Assembly (NCBI RefSeq): GCF_964204865.1
Contig: NC_135257.1
Coordinates: 5,518,001-5,582,000, forward strand
DNA length: 64,000 nt
Origin: Styela clava
Lineage: Eukaryota
Reading direction: 5' to 3'
Below are positions 25,101 to 38,668 of this stretch, in pieces. Within the stretch, counting starts at the first letter, position 1, and each line of letters begins with the position of its first letter. Both the position numbers and the translations under genes were made by a program. The notes under the pieces were generated by a model. That model was not told the DNA's origin and searched no databases. It worked only from the letters and a program-made list of their open reading frames with translations.

Positions 25101-27084
25101 TTCGTATCCAATTCTATATTCTCTTATCCTTATTATAAATATATTGCTTGTGGTTGAACTTGTAGCATGGAGAATTTGTAGAACATTTTCATGTTGAATT
25201 TATTGGATATTGGTCATGAAAATCAGTAGTGAGTTAGAAACCCAGGAAACACATTTGTGCGTGTAGGATTAAGTCTGACAACGTTGGTCCCAAGCAGCAT
25301 CAAATTTTCTAAAAATAAAAACGCGTGACAACGATGGGCCACGAGGCGGACCATCGTTGTCAACCTTTTTATTTTCNNNNNNNNNNNNNNNNNNNNNNNN
25401 NNNNNNNNNNNNNNNNNNNNNNNNNNNNNNNNNNNNNNNNNNNNNNNNNNNNNNNNNNNNNNNNNNNNNNNNNNNNNNNNNNNNNNNNNNNNNNNNNNNN
25501 NNNNNNNNNNNNNNNNNNNCAATTATTTTTATGTTTTTTCACAACTATTTTTTTATTTTCGCTTTTTCATTTTATTTTTTCATTTTTTTTTTAAATTTTA
25601 CACGTGACAACGATGGGCCACCATAGTCCTGGATGAACGCCAGCTTTCCTTGCCTTTGTGCGCATATTGCAGATGCTCCGTCCCAGTTTACATTTCTAGA
25701 AGAACGTAATACAGTCCAATAGCAAGTTTTCCTGTAAGCAATACCATTACAAATTGGTTCCACGTCACCGCGCTTGGAATCTACAGAATGAAAAGTGCAA
25801 AAAACTCTTTGAAAATTATTTTGGAAGCATTTTGATTTTTTCAATTATACGTAAAGAAAAAGTTTAATAAAACCTTAGCGTTCAAAAAAATTATTGATTA
25901 ATTAAAACAGCCATTATGATTTATAAAGAATAATATGACCTACCTTTCAAATAATTCTTATTTAGTTCAAGAACTAATTCTTCTAGCTGTTCTACTCGTC
26001 TGGTTAAATTTCCATTAGCTGTTTACAAAACAAGTATCAAATCATTATTAATATAAATCAACTGGTTCTAGTTTTATACAACGGTATCAATGTATTTGAC
26101 CAGTTAATGAATGGAATAGGCCTTGTATGTGTGGCTCTTGCAAAGGGCACATTACTTGAAATATATAGTGCTTTCCTAAGCATTATTAACTTACTGATGC
26201 TCAGACATTCTGTAAGCGTCGACCCGAATTTATAATTTTAGTTTCATTGTACTTATAACATCGGGATACGTTTCTGCGATTACGTTTTTGTGAGGTTTGT
26301 GTTTTTCTACAGTGATGGAAAATCATTCCCAAAAAATCTTACAAATAATTATTTCTGTAACCGGCTTCATTATTGAAGAACATCATGGTAATTTGGAAAT
26401 GATAAAGTTACACCGACAGACACAATATGCCTTTTCAATACATTGCAGCAGAATCTATATCAAACGAACATGTATAAAATTGGATGTTTTATGAGGAAAT
26501 CATTTTTATGATTTGTCTAAACTTCTGATGTACGAGTTTAAAAAATTACATTATGATTCAATACACATTATAATTTTAATTTTTGTTCTCAATCCTAAAA
26601 AAACAATGTTTCGCAAATTCACACATTATTGATCAGTTCAATCATATATTTATATTATTTACAATGTCACAATTACGTTAATTTTATAATTAAATAATAT
26701 TTCAAGGTTTAATTCAGATATCTAGTATCATTTACAAATAGCCTGAACACTAAAAAGCAATCTCGGCTATTGAGTTAAATAAATAAACCCAAACATACCT
26801 TGTTCGATTGTTTCCTCAATTTTTTCATTTACCCTGTTGTAGTTGAAAACCCCTGGATCACCTTTTTCACCCTTACTACCAGGTATTCCGCGTTCCCCTT
26901 TAAAACCTTGTGGTCCCCGTTTACCGGGCAGTCCATGGTGTCGCTGTGAGGTTGTTGGTATGTCATGATCTGCTTTTCCTGTAAAAACGTCTTTGACTGT
27001 TTTACAAATCATATGCTTCGAGTTTCCGTGCACAATGTTTGTCATATAACACATGAGCATGATAAAAATATGTAGGTTCTGCAT
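22104..27084 (-). pseudogene. Mini-collectin copy B, disrupted by an exonic insertion
   Basis: Exons 27084-26799, 26018-25944, 25780-24200 (split by the 24305-25625 insert) and 22280-22104. The last exon is 12 nt shorter than in copy C and lacks the SGYP motif. Confidence 0.88.
24305..25625. mobile_element. Foldback-type palindromic element with a 6-bp TSD
   Basis: TIR TATGGTGGCCCATCGTTGTCACG(C/T)GTAAAATT. The arms are inverted copies nearly to the centre (~24900-25000). TSD GTCCTG (24299-24304, 25626-25631); copy A has one GTCCTG at this site. There is an N gap in each arm. Confidence 0.88.
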
Positions 27085-28649
27085 TGTTTTAAGCCTAGAT
27101 TTCAACAAACAAACAAAAGTGGTATCTTTCTGAATGCAAGTAACTCTTTTCTTCTTTGTGCGTTGGGGGCGGGAAAAATAAGAGTTAATATTCCCATTGT
27201 ACACAGAAGTACGAATTTTTCAATGTTATCAAGACATTTGTTCATAGTATTACGTGCTTACAACAGTTGAATTACATATTAAAGGCTGAATTTCGATGAA
27301 TAATGTCTTAGCTAATATGGGTTTTATGTTTCACAATAAGGAAGAAAACGCTTGTTATAGCATTATATGGCAAAAAGTTTTTATATTTCTAATTAATCTT
27401 CAATTTATTAAAATAGAAACTAGGAGTAAAATTGATTTTAAACTAGTATTTTTTTATTTATTTAAGCTGGAGAAGAACGATGCTGTTCTTCTGATGATCT
27501 TTTCCTGTACATAATTCAATAGTCAACTTACTCATAGGTGGAAAAACCTATGAAATAGTATATTTGCAAATAAACAGTCACGTGCAAGAAACAGAAAGAA
27601 ACTTATAAAATATATATTTGTCAAAGCGTCCTTAAGTACCCTTTTGCCTAAAGCTAGTTTAAAGAGAGTTACCTATGCCCCATATAGTGAACGCGTCTGA
27701 AGCACTTCCCAGTGGTAAATCTGATAAAATAGCATTTTGGATTTGACATAAAAAAATACTTGATCAAATTACCTCTATGCTGTTTTTGTGAAGTTTCGTG
27801 AATATCTTGATGAAACACATATTCGGAATTTGTTCTGTTATCTTATGGTCTTCCCAGAACTTAGTCGAGTATTTTAATTCGCTATCATTTTTGTATGTGG
27901 AATGCTGGTATATGTCTTCATTGACGTCAAGCAAGCTTTGCAGATCATCGGTTGTTGAGAGAAGATCATGATGTATCGCCGCCGTTGTAATTTAAGAATA
28001 CAGAGTTAGCACAGCTGTGGCAGTTTCTTTGAAGGCTGCCGCGATAAAATAATAATAATTCGAAACCTGATTAATATCATCTTCTGAATATGATTTTGTT
28101 TGCCAGGGCTTGGAATTTTCGGAATGTTAAACATTAATGTTTAGAAATCGAACTAAGGAATAATTATTGTGTAGAGATTTTATATATTATTTATCGAATG
28201 GCAAACCAAGCCCGATGAAGTTTTGAAATTCTAATTTTTGCACACGATGCTCACTCCCCTCTTTCGAGTCGCACAAGCGCTGACCTATATCCTGCGGTCT
28301 AGGTCCGACATTGTATTACGGATGAAAATATGGATACATGTTTAAGAGTATTTTCTCTGTTTGACGCTTGATTTAGGAGTTTATAATCAATATTTTATTC
28401 TAAAATATTTAACCAACTGTCATTTAGTAATATCGATGGATAATATTTTGACCCAGACTATTGCATTTATTTGGGACTAAATTTTGAAAACTGCAACTAA
28501 ACTAAATTTTGTAGGAGAACTGGTATTAGGAGTTATAAATAGAAACAGCTATAAAAGTTGGATACGAGCAATCCAGTTTTCTAAAAAGTACGTAAAAAAT
28601 TCATTAAAAAATTGTATTGCGATCACAGCGTCATATTAATAGCCAACCT

Positions 28650-28725
28650 TCAATTCATTATGTCTGACATAATACACCTTGCTTTTTCGATTCAGGTAAA
28701 TATTTATACGTTGCTTGGTATTCAC
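28650..28725 (-). pseudogene. Orphan fragment of the lectin last exon (fourth-copy relic)
   Basis: CTGACATAATACACC..GCT.TTTCGATTCAGG.AAA.A.TTATAC.TTGCTTGGT aligns with 10749-10805 (GVLCQ region of copy A). Confidence 0.7.
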
Positions 28726-29476
28726 GAAAAGATCACATCCATTTAATGAACGATGTTCATCAGATAAGACACGGACATAATAAAAATACGTAGGTACATG
28801 TTCGAACATATGCACCTGTATTTCAATAACTAAATTAGGAAATATTTTTTCAGTTAGATAGTTTACATTATAATGCACATTGTGCCTTGAATATACATTT
28901 TTAAATAATCTTCGGCATAGTCAATACGATTTAGATGTAAAATCGCATTGAAACTATTTTCCTTATTTATCTATGATTCAGTTTAAATTAGGTTGCGCGA
29001 CTTTTTACTCCCATTTATCTTTACCGGTACATTAATTATTAATAGACTTGGAACTTAAAAAATCGGCGCTCCGGGAGTACCAAAAAATCATGTGCAGTGG
29101 TTTCACGCTCGAAATTTTGTATTTTTCGAAGCGTCTTTAAAAACTTATTTGCCAAAAGCTGATTTATGGAAAGTTAGCTATGGCCCATAAGAGGAATGTG
29201 TCTGTAAATGCTTCCTACGGCAGTACATCTGATAAAATGTCAGTTCACATTTGACATTAAGAAGTACTTCATCAAATTACCTCTATGCTATTTTGGGAAG
29301 TTTCGAGAGCATCTTGATCAAAACCAGATTCGGAATTTGTTCGTTATCTTATTGTCTTCACAGAACTCAAAGCAGTATTTGAAGACGCTGTCATTTTGGC
29401 ACGTGGAATGCTGGTATATGTGTTCATTGACGATAAGCTTTATAGGCAGGCTATCTATCGGTCGTTTGGAGTAGAC

Positions 29477-31145
29477 CAGTGTTTCCCAACCTTTTTTGAT
29501 CGCGGACTATTTTCTCACTGGCGAAAACCTTTGCGGACTCAACATGAGTTTATTGCAACCGTACTCTGTGTGAAGAAGTAATAAAAACAAACACAACAGA
29601 ATTTTACCGAATTTCAAAATCGGAAATGCTACGCAATTACGCCTTTGTTAAAAGGACCAACTTCTCTAGTGCATAAATGGCCTTTTCTGTTGCACAATAT
29701 TCAATCCTTGACAACGACAAGAATTTGAAATGTGTTCTTATTTTAATTTAATTGTGTTCATGATCACTCGCGGTTGCGTTGACTTATGGCAAGATGAAAG
29801 CATTACTTCTTTTAAATGTCACGGCAATCTGCGAACATAATAATGTGAGAATATATTGCCGGTTATATTTAGTTTTGATATTAATTATTTGCGAATTTGT
29901 TATCGCCGTTGTACAACTTGATTTAGTAGACTACTTACTAAAAATATAATTAGTACATTAGTAAATAAAAATAAAAAATATTCATCGCCTTGCTTTAATT
30001 ATAATTTAATTGTGATCATTTTAATCTGCGGTTGTGTTGACGAAATAAAAGCAATACTATTCAGAAAATATCATGACAATCCGTGGACACAAAAATTCGT
30101 AGTAAAGTGTCCGATTATATTTTGTTCGATTCGTATTTTTGTGAATGCGACAAATATGAGCTGTTCGTACAACAGTAAAGCCAGAAGTCGGCAACATTTT
30201 GTCGCTCGCAGGCCAAAATTAAAGGTTGCAAGTCATTGGTTGGCCGCGCATATTTTTAGAAAGTAAAAAGCCGGACGTATGGCCAATGAATCACATTTTT
30301 TCACACAAATCAGAAGTTAAATTTTAAGCAGCGCCCGAAGACTGACCATTTGAATATTGAACCAATTGCACTTAGCGTTCGACTTTTCTGCGTTTTGTTG
30401 CCATGGAATGCCTAATTATAATTAATTTCTAGGCTCATTCAACGAGTAATTGTGAATTATATACTTGTTCGGTTATGATTTAATTTAGTCTAAACGTGCC
30501 GCAAAATAAATTCTGTCACGTAAAGAATATAATCGTAAAAACAGCTGTTTTGTTACTATAATTCAGAGAATCGTCGCGGGCCTGATTATATTGCTCCGCG
30601 GGCCGTAGGTTGCGGACCCTGCCGTAAAGCAAAGAATTCTGAGGGAAATGCCCTGATACGAATACTACGGTAGCACCCGAAATTTTGCATTTGCAACATG
30701 TCTAAAAAAACGTTTTTTAAAAACTTGTTTTATTTTCAGTATTTTGTATTGCCGCTTTTCAATTTAGAAAATTTAGGTTGCCACCAGAAAAATTATTCCT
30801 CGAACAACAACGACTAAATCCAATCGTTTGATTAAACGACGCGCAAGTGACCTGTGGCGTCACCTGTTACCAAATTTTCGAATAATAAATTGCTATTCTA
30901 ATAGTTTAATATTCGAATACATGCCAAGCCCTACTCATTCAGTATCCAAAAATTATTGACTCGATCAATGCTATATGAAAAAAACTTGCTTTTTATGTTT
31001 TATGTAAATTCTATCGTAAATTGTGGCTGATGGTTAAGATTCGCAAAAACGTTTGCGGCCCGCAGTGAGTTTCTGGCTCGTTGCGGACTCATTCAAACGC
31101 TCCGCGGACTCATTTGAGACCGCGGACTCGGGTTGGGAAATACTG
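29477..31145. mobile_element. Non-autonomous hAT (Charlie-like) element
   Basis: TIR CAGTGTTTCCCAACC/GGTTGGGAAATACTG, 8-bp TSD GAGTAGAC (29469-29476, 31146-31153) and subterminal GCGGAC repeats at both ends. Confidence 0.9.
30182..30621. mobile_element. Nested degenerate hAT MITE
   Basis: CAGAAGTCGGCAAC...GTTGCGGACCCTG ends, GCGGGCC subterminal motifs and an imperfect flanking duplication (A/C)GTAAAGC. Confidence 0.6.
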
Positions 31146-32251
31146 GAGTAGACCATGAAATAAACAGCAACGAAACTGATCTTCCGAAAAACATTGAGTA
31201 AAGCAATTGTTTACGATATTATAAGACTGATGGTATTTGCATTATCAGTACCTGAATCTAACGCAAATATGTAGTGCAGAGCGAAAATTGATGTGATGAT
31301 TACCACCTAAAACTCTTTTCTTTAGCTCTTTTGTAAGCAGAAGCTTAAAGTTTTCTGTTGTGTTGAAGATTCGGAAAATGACGATGATTATTTGGTGAAT
31401 CACTTTACACTTGCAAAATGTCATATATTCGTTCTATCCCACATGGAACGTTCTATCCCAGGCTCTCTCGCTTCGAGGGGTCTTTTCAAGAAGTTAAAAA
31501 CCGATGTCATTAACACGAATGACAAGGTAGCGACAAAAACAAACGCCTATGCAAAATTTCCCATAATCGTTTCGGTGTTTATGAACTATAAATTAATTCT
31601 TATAATGAGTTTTAGCATGAATGTTTATTAATTTTGCTATTTTCATTACTTATATCCATAATTGCTCTGTTCTGCACGTGGTTTTTCACGCATACCTTAA
31701 GGCTTTGCTTTATACAAACGCTATTAAAAAAAATTGAGTTTGAAAATTTTCTGAATGAATAAATTTCTATACTTGAAAAAATTAAAAAAAAAAAAATGTG
31801 GCTTATAATTTCAATTTATCGCAGTCGATACGCGGGCCTCAGCAATTAACCTTAAATAAGTGGTAAATCTTACATATATATAGCTCAAACGTAGTTAGGC
31901 TGAAGTCAAACCGATGAATTTTGATAAGTAATTATAACATGTCTCCTGATATCCGTTGAGAATTATTTTATGAACGACATCTGGACAAGTTAAGTAAAAC
32001 CAGATACTAAAACTAAAAACTACGCAGCGACCAAACCAGGTATTGGTGCCTTTCCTAATGTTAAACCTGACCGAGAAGAGAATGGAGATCTAGATCTTTG
32101 TTGTTATCTGCTTCACACGTGTGCATTCAAATCCCGTTGCCAGAATTTTTTAAATTCCTTCCTTTAGAAATCTTGCCATAATTGTTCAATAGTCTTGTCC
32201 ATCAACTGTCGCTGTCGCCCCTTTTTTTTAACATAACTTTCATTTGATTAG

Positions 32252-33280
32252 TGTTGCGCTCGATTCTATGTAGCCTGGTTACTTCTCACGCACATTAAGA
32301 GATTGGAGACTTCAAAAACGCGTCCCAATACCCCAGTCCTGACCCCAAACCTATATCGGTTAATTGTTACAACTAGTCCGTGCTTTCAAGCAATTAAAGT
32401 CTGTAAACAGCGGTTAAAGTGCCCCCAGATTCTTCTGTGCCTTTCAAATGCTGCCCCAATATAATTCAACTTGAAATCGGTGAATATCTTTAATAACAAT
32501 CAACAGACACTTCAAATCAAATCTCGAACATGAATCAGGAAAATAGAACTTGTCGGGTACCGGAAACGGAACGTTGTTAATGGAACGTAACGTAACGTTG
32601 TTAAAGGAACGGTTTTCTGCCAAAATAATAGATAAAACTAAATAGCTTATATGGCACAATTAATCGAATATAACAGTATTACCATTTTACAAGCAATAAC
32701 AATTCACATTAATTAGCAGATAACCATATGTCACAATTATGTACAGATTAAATCACATAGGATAAAATAGTATTCACAATACTAAAATACAGAATGAATC
32801 ATACAAGATAAAACAATATTTACATACCGAATGTTTAGGATCTCCAGGCAACTCAATTCAACAATTTATAATCCAAAGTAAATACAACTTAACTTATGTG
32901 ACTAAATACAAGAAACAGCATTTATCATTCTATTTGGACTATATTACAACCCTAACCTGTATCCCTACATTATATTACAACTCCAGTATAAACCGTTGAT
33001 TTTAAACCCAATTACTAATTTCAATTCGAATCGTTTATCCTAACCGCGAATAGTAAATCCAATATTAAACACGATAAACAACTCCTAGCGCAATAGATTA
33101 CACTGGATACAAGACAGAAGGTGCCAACTCATCGAAGCAGCGTGGCGATAATTTAGAATTCCCGGGATTAATCGAGAAACAGAACTCTGTCGCAATAATG
33201 CTGCGTCGATACGTTTGCAACGTCTGCGTAACAACGTAAAACGTCATCAAATTAGAAACACGTTATGATTCTCGCTAACA
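32252..33280. mobile_element. Solo LTR (1029 bp)
   Basis: TGTTGCG...CGCTAACA termini and 5-bp TSD ATTAG (32247-32251, 33281-33285). The paralogous site at ~17098 is empty. Confidence 0.8.
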
Positions 33281-33457
33281 ATTAGCAATTTAATATCATA
33301 CAAATTTTGAAACATTAGCATCAGAACGATTTATATTAAATAAGTTGTGAGCGTTTCAATAGACTTAATCGCGTATGTAGGATACTTCAAAAAGTATAAA
33401 TGCAAAAGATGTATACGTGTCCGTTTCCTATAATGTACTTGGTAGATCTATCAAAAA

Positions 33458-33847
33458 TAGGCGAACCATATTATATTAAAAAAAAGCGGGAAAGTGCAGA
33501 TTTAGCAAGCCAACTGTAATTCGATTCCGAGTCTAATATAAGTAATATTTTAACATTATCATTGTGGGTAGATTACGAGCATGAAAATTAGCTGTATATC
33601 CTATAAAATATCCTCTATTGGCCTTTGCTTCAAATAATGAAAATCCGACTTCAATTTTTCTATCTATACTATTGAAATGAGTTAGAATCAAAGATAAATT
33701 GGCTGCATTCGTTAAAAAAATATATTAACATCAAACAAAACAAAAAAAAATTATGGCTGTGATCTGCCTAACCGGGACATATATTGGCCGGGACAACTTG
33801 ATAAAATAGGTACTGTCCCGGCTGAAACGGGGCGTATGGTGAGTCTA
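33458..33847. mobile_element. hAT (Blackjack/Tip100-like) MITE
   Basis: TAGGCGAACCATA...TATGGTGAGTCTA imperfect TIR, CCGGGAC subterminal repeats and 8-bp TSD ATCAAAAA. The empty paralogous site is at ~22032. Confidence 0.82.
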
Positions 33848-33917
33848 ATCAAAAATTAGTTGGCCTATCAGGTGGTGAAAGTATGCACCCGACATTTTAC
33901 AACAAGCAGTCACCTAA

Positions 33918-36678
33918 TTATTTTTGACACAGAACACCGTGCTCTTTCGATTCCGGAGAAAGATTGTACATTCCTTGGGGTTCTTTAGAAGATTCGTTGT
34001 AAACTTGGAGCTGGATATTAGATAATGTACTGCTCGGATTTGGATACCCAGAAATCCATTGTGTGAATGGAGCAACAGATCCGTCTGCAAGCCTCACCGT
34101 TAGAAACTGAAACAGAAGAATTCCAATATAATAAATTAATATTTAGTATTAATATTTATTCTCTATATATATATATGCAAGATTGGATTTCAAAAATAAA
34201 TAGCCTATAAATCCAAAAAAAAAGTTTTTTTTTGACTGCTTTCTGATTTTGCTTTACTAATTATTATATGTTATTACTAAAAAAATATGTAATACATTTT
34301 GAAATGAACGTAATGTCACATGAATTTTAAGTTTATTGGCAGGATGCTATACTTTCATATATATTTATATAAATTATTTTCGAACTGATGTTGATTTTGA
34401 AGTTTAGCATGTTTTGTTTATTTGATCGATTATGGGGCTCTAACTGTCAGGTGTCCAACTATTTTTCAAATATACTTGTAAAAAACCTTCTCTTTGTTGT
34501 CGAAGCAGTATACAAAAGTAAGTTAAACGGTACGTTCTTCTTTAGATGTACTGAGCCTGAAACTTAATTACTAAACTGGTTTATTTACTGTGGATTCACT
34601 CAGAAACATGAGCAATTTTCGGACCTTACTTATTTATATCTCAAAAGCTCAGCTGGCACAGCCGACTAAACAGCCGTCTGTTTTATCATCATCGAATGAT
34701 TGATTTATTTTTTCAAGTCGCTTGGCTTAATATTTGAAATCTGCACTCGCATTAAATCAGTGTGGATTCGAAATTCAGTTATTTAAAACAGATTGATACA
34801 AATTAGATTAGAATCAGTATTACTACTAAATATTTTTCTAAAAATATCGAAACTCTCTAACAAGTGCCTTAAACTCAAAATAAAATACCTGAAATTTATG
34901 CCGTTAGGATACTGGCAGCTGAAGCGATCTTTTCAAATATTTATCAAGAATTTTAATTCAAAACGGTTATGAACTGGACATATTTCGTCCCCCTGATAAA
35001 ACAAGAGAGCTACGCCCAAATATATGGACACGTCTGTTCGCAGTACAGTACGGTTTACCGTACCGTCAGATCACAGTTTAAAAATATATTCACACCAAGC
35101 GGAGCAGTACAGTAGGATAAAAAATGGCGTCAGATGTCCGCAGAACGTTCGGAGACGTCATAGCAAACAAAAATAAATCTTACAGAGCTAACAGAAACAT
35201 TTGAAATAAATAAAAGTAATGTCCTTCTGGAGAAAAATCACATCTTTAACCACTATAAATTTCAAAGCAATTGGTCCAGTGATCAAAGAGAAAAGCGGTT
35301 TTTTAATATTTCCACTAGGTGTACAAAAAGTGTCAAAGAACAACAAGAACAAGAACAACATAAAAACAAAACGATCGTTATGTCCACTAAACGTGTCCAA
35401 TAAGAAACTTACCTTGGGGCTTATGGTCATTCCAAGCCAGACGTGTACCCAGCTTTGCGAAGGAGGAATCAATGCTCGAATGTACTTCATAATTTGTTTA
35501 AAATGTTGTGAATCCTGGAAGAACGCTATCTTCCCTTCTTTCCGTGTGCATATTACAGATGCTTCGTCGAAGTTTACATTTCTAGAAGAATGTAAAACAG
35601 TCCAATAGCAAGTTTTCCCGTATGTAACACCAACGCAAATCGATTCTTGGGCATCAGTCTCGAGAGCTTTAAAAATAAATGTGAACTTGTTTCAAAAAAT
35701 ATAACTTGTAAATAATTTAATTAGTTATGACTGTTATGTAAATATAAATTCATTACGTGTAGAACTGTATTGTGTATCAAATGTGTGTTTGATGTGAGAA
35801 ACTATTGTTATTTAGGAAAGAGAATTTGACTTACATTTCGAAGCATTTCTTTGTAATTTGAGAACTTGCTCTTCCAGCTTTTCTACTCGTCTGGTTAATG
35901 AACCAGTAGCTGTTTATAAAACACATTGTAACTAATTTTGATCAATGGATTCGTTGTTATCGAGCTCTAATTTTATCATCGCATCCAACCGACCTCTTTC
36001 CAGATAATATATATATATATTATGAATCGAATAGAACTCGCAAATCTATCGTTCCAGCAAAAGATATCTTATTTGAAATATAGGATGCTTTCTAGACAAT
36101 TCCTTTTGTTTACTGAACACTGCGATTGGACATCTATATAAATGCAAGACAAATACCTTGACTGTAATTTTATTCTCTTGAAAAATTTATTTTATCAATT
36201 ATAGTCGGGAATTATAAAATCCTGCAACGGCTTAGCTGAATATTACCATTCAGTATTTCTATGGAAGCTGCAAAAATATTTTGAAATTAAAAAATGTAAT
36301 TTTAAATTAGTAAAAATATCATAAGCCAAGAAAAAAAACTTGAAAACAATTGCAATGATTAAGTAGTGGTAGAATAATATACAAAACTCTTCACAAATTC
36401 CGTTAAAATAGTAATTTATCATTGGGTCAAATAAACACAAACTTACTTTGTTCAATGATTTCTTCAATTTTCTCATCCACCATTTTGTAGTTGACAACAC
36501 CTGGCTCACCTTTTTCACCCGATAGCCCGCGTTCTCCTTTAAATCCTTGTGGCCCTCGTTGTAAAGTTGTTGGTATGTCATTAACTTCGATTGTTTTGCA
36601 GATCATATGCTTGGTGTTTCCGTAAACAATGTTTATCAGATAACACATGAACATAATAAAAACACGTAGGTTCTGCAT
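33918..36678 (-). CDS. Mini-collectin copy C, intact, ~249 aa
   Basis: Exons 36678-36447 (signal peptide and 7 Gly-X-Y), 35909-35835, 35666-35413 and 34106-33918. Introns are GT-AG and the spliced 750 nt are in frame, ending GVLCQK*. Confidence 0.88.
35000..35403 (-). mobile_element. HINE copy
   Basis: Same termini and microsatellite as 11359-11638. It is absent from the paralogous intron position in copy B (~24188). Confidence 0.72.
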
Positions 36679-38668
36679 TGTATTAGGCCTAGATTTCACT
36701 AAAAAAGGTTATGGATTATTTTCTAGGTTGGAAGATAACATTGTGAAATTACATTTTTCAAATTCAGCTAATTATGCAATAGCAATACTAAAAACTACAA
36801 ACATTTTTGATTATTCTTCAACCTAGTAAATGTATTTGTATACAAATAGATTTAAAATCGATTTTGAACCATTTTCAATTATGTTATTAAGTTATGCTTC
36901 AGTATTGTAAGAGGTACGTTACTTTACTATCAGGGTTTACCGGTAAATATATATATAACATGAAAATATGATGTACAGTGGCATAAAGAGCCCAAATAAT
37001 TTCTGTTATAAATTCCAAATATCATGCTATTAGTATAAAAACATTTATTAAAAGAATTACTCGAAAATAAAAAAATGACTTTGAAGCATCCCGGGGCAAA
37101 AAAACTCTCCTATTTCATTTTAAGCTAATTTAAAATGTGGAAAGTTTTTTGGGTTCACGCTGTAAAATAAGTAAATAGTTAATGTGCCCAAAGCTAAGTA
37201 TTTTTTCTTTGTCTCTTTTGTAAACTAATTATGGAATGTCTGCTCACGTTTGTTATTTGCATTCAGTCTGATTTGGGAGAATATTGAAAAAAAAAATTAG
37301 AAACATATACAAAGCCAAATAACGTTCAATGTTGTTTTGAAGTGGAAGTCTTTGTCTCGTCTGAAGATGATTAGATATTCCAATAGATAAACGTGCCTGT
37401 AAACGCTTCCCTTGCTCGTACATCAGATAAATTGTCATTTTTAATTTGATATTAAAAGTATTATTGAGGGTGGAGTGGGAGGGGGGCACCCTGTACATGC
37501 CAAGATTCTGGAAATTGCGCTTTCTTTTGCTATTGTTTTCGTCTTCCTCAAATCAGAATTAGGTGTAGGCTATATGGTATTTTTGGCACATATATAATTA
37601 TGGTATTTCTGGCATTTTTGGTACGTGAGCTGCTTGTATAGAATGTCTTCATTGACTTCATTGTCTTTGTGGATGAAAGCTCATGAGAATAAACCGTGGG
37701 TGCATCAATCAACGTCTTTCCAAATAAAATTTGAGTTTTAAGGATTCGCAGTATTTTTGCAAATTTGTCCTAAATAAATACAATTTTCCATGGAAAATGA
37801 CCCATAAATGACTGGTATTTTTGGAATTTTGAAATGATGTGTGTTTAAGAACAAATTTCTATTTTTTATTCACAAATTGTTTTGTAAAATTTTATATATA
37901 TACCACTTATTCAAAAAAGAAGCCCGATTTTCACTCCCGAAAATACGTCATCTATTTCTGCATTGGGAATTATCAGACCGATAGTTTTTGCATTAATCGA
38001 TACATACTTTTTGGCGAATGTACTGCGTGGAATTTGAACGGAATTACTTAGAATTTTCTCAAACTTCGCCTTACCTTCCAATATATATAAATAGCAATTC
38101 GATGACGGGTATTTTCAATTCTGGCAAAAAAAGCAGTTTTAAAACACATTGCGCATTAACAGTTTAAGATGCCTAATAAGTATACTTTGTTCTAGTTGTT
38201 TTGTTGCAATGACATGAAAATTGCATGAAGGAAAATCCTGTATTTTTACATTTCCCGCCACCGCTGATGCATTGATGTCATGAGGTTTGCAGGTTGAAAT
38301 TTTTCTCCTAATGAAAAACGTGGTATCCCTTCATTATTCCCAATATATATAGTTTGCCGATTGTGGTTTATCGACATCGTTAACGTCGTTTATTACTTCC
38401 CGATTAATGCTTTTCGTTTTATAAAGTTAAAATAAAAATAAAATATATCGTGAATATTGCAGACTTTGTATGTCGTCTGTACGGCGTTGTTATTGTCCCT
38501 CATCGCGAATAAAATGTGGACAAATAAGAGCAGATAAACTCATTAGCATACGTCGCAAAGCACCAGTTGATAAGGCAGTAAGCGATATTGCAGGTTGAAT
38601 TGGAAATAAAAACAAGATTTTGTAAAACGAATACTCAAACTGTGCATGTAAAGTCTTTCCAGTAGAAG

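Noticed and set aside
24285-25626. ORFs containing runs of X
   Set aside because: Artefacts of translating through N gaps.
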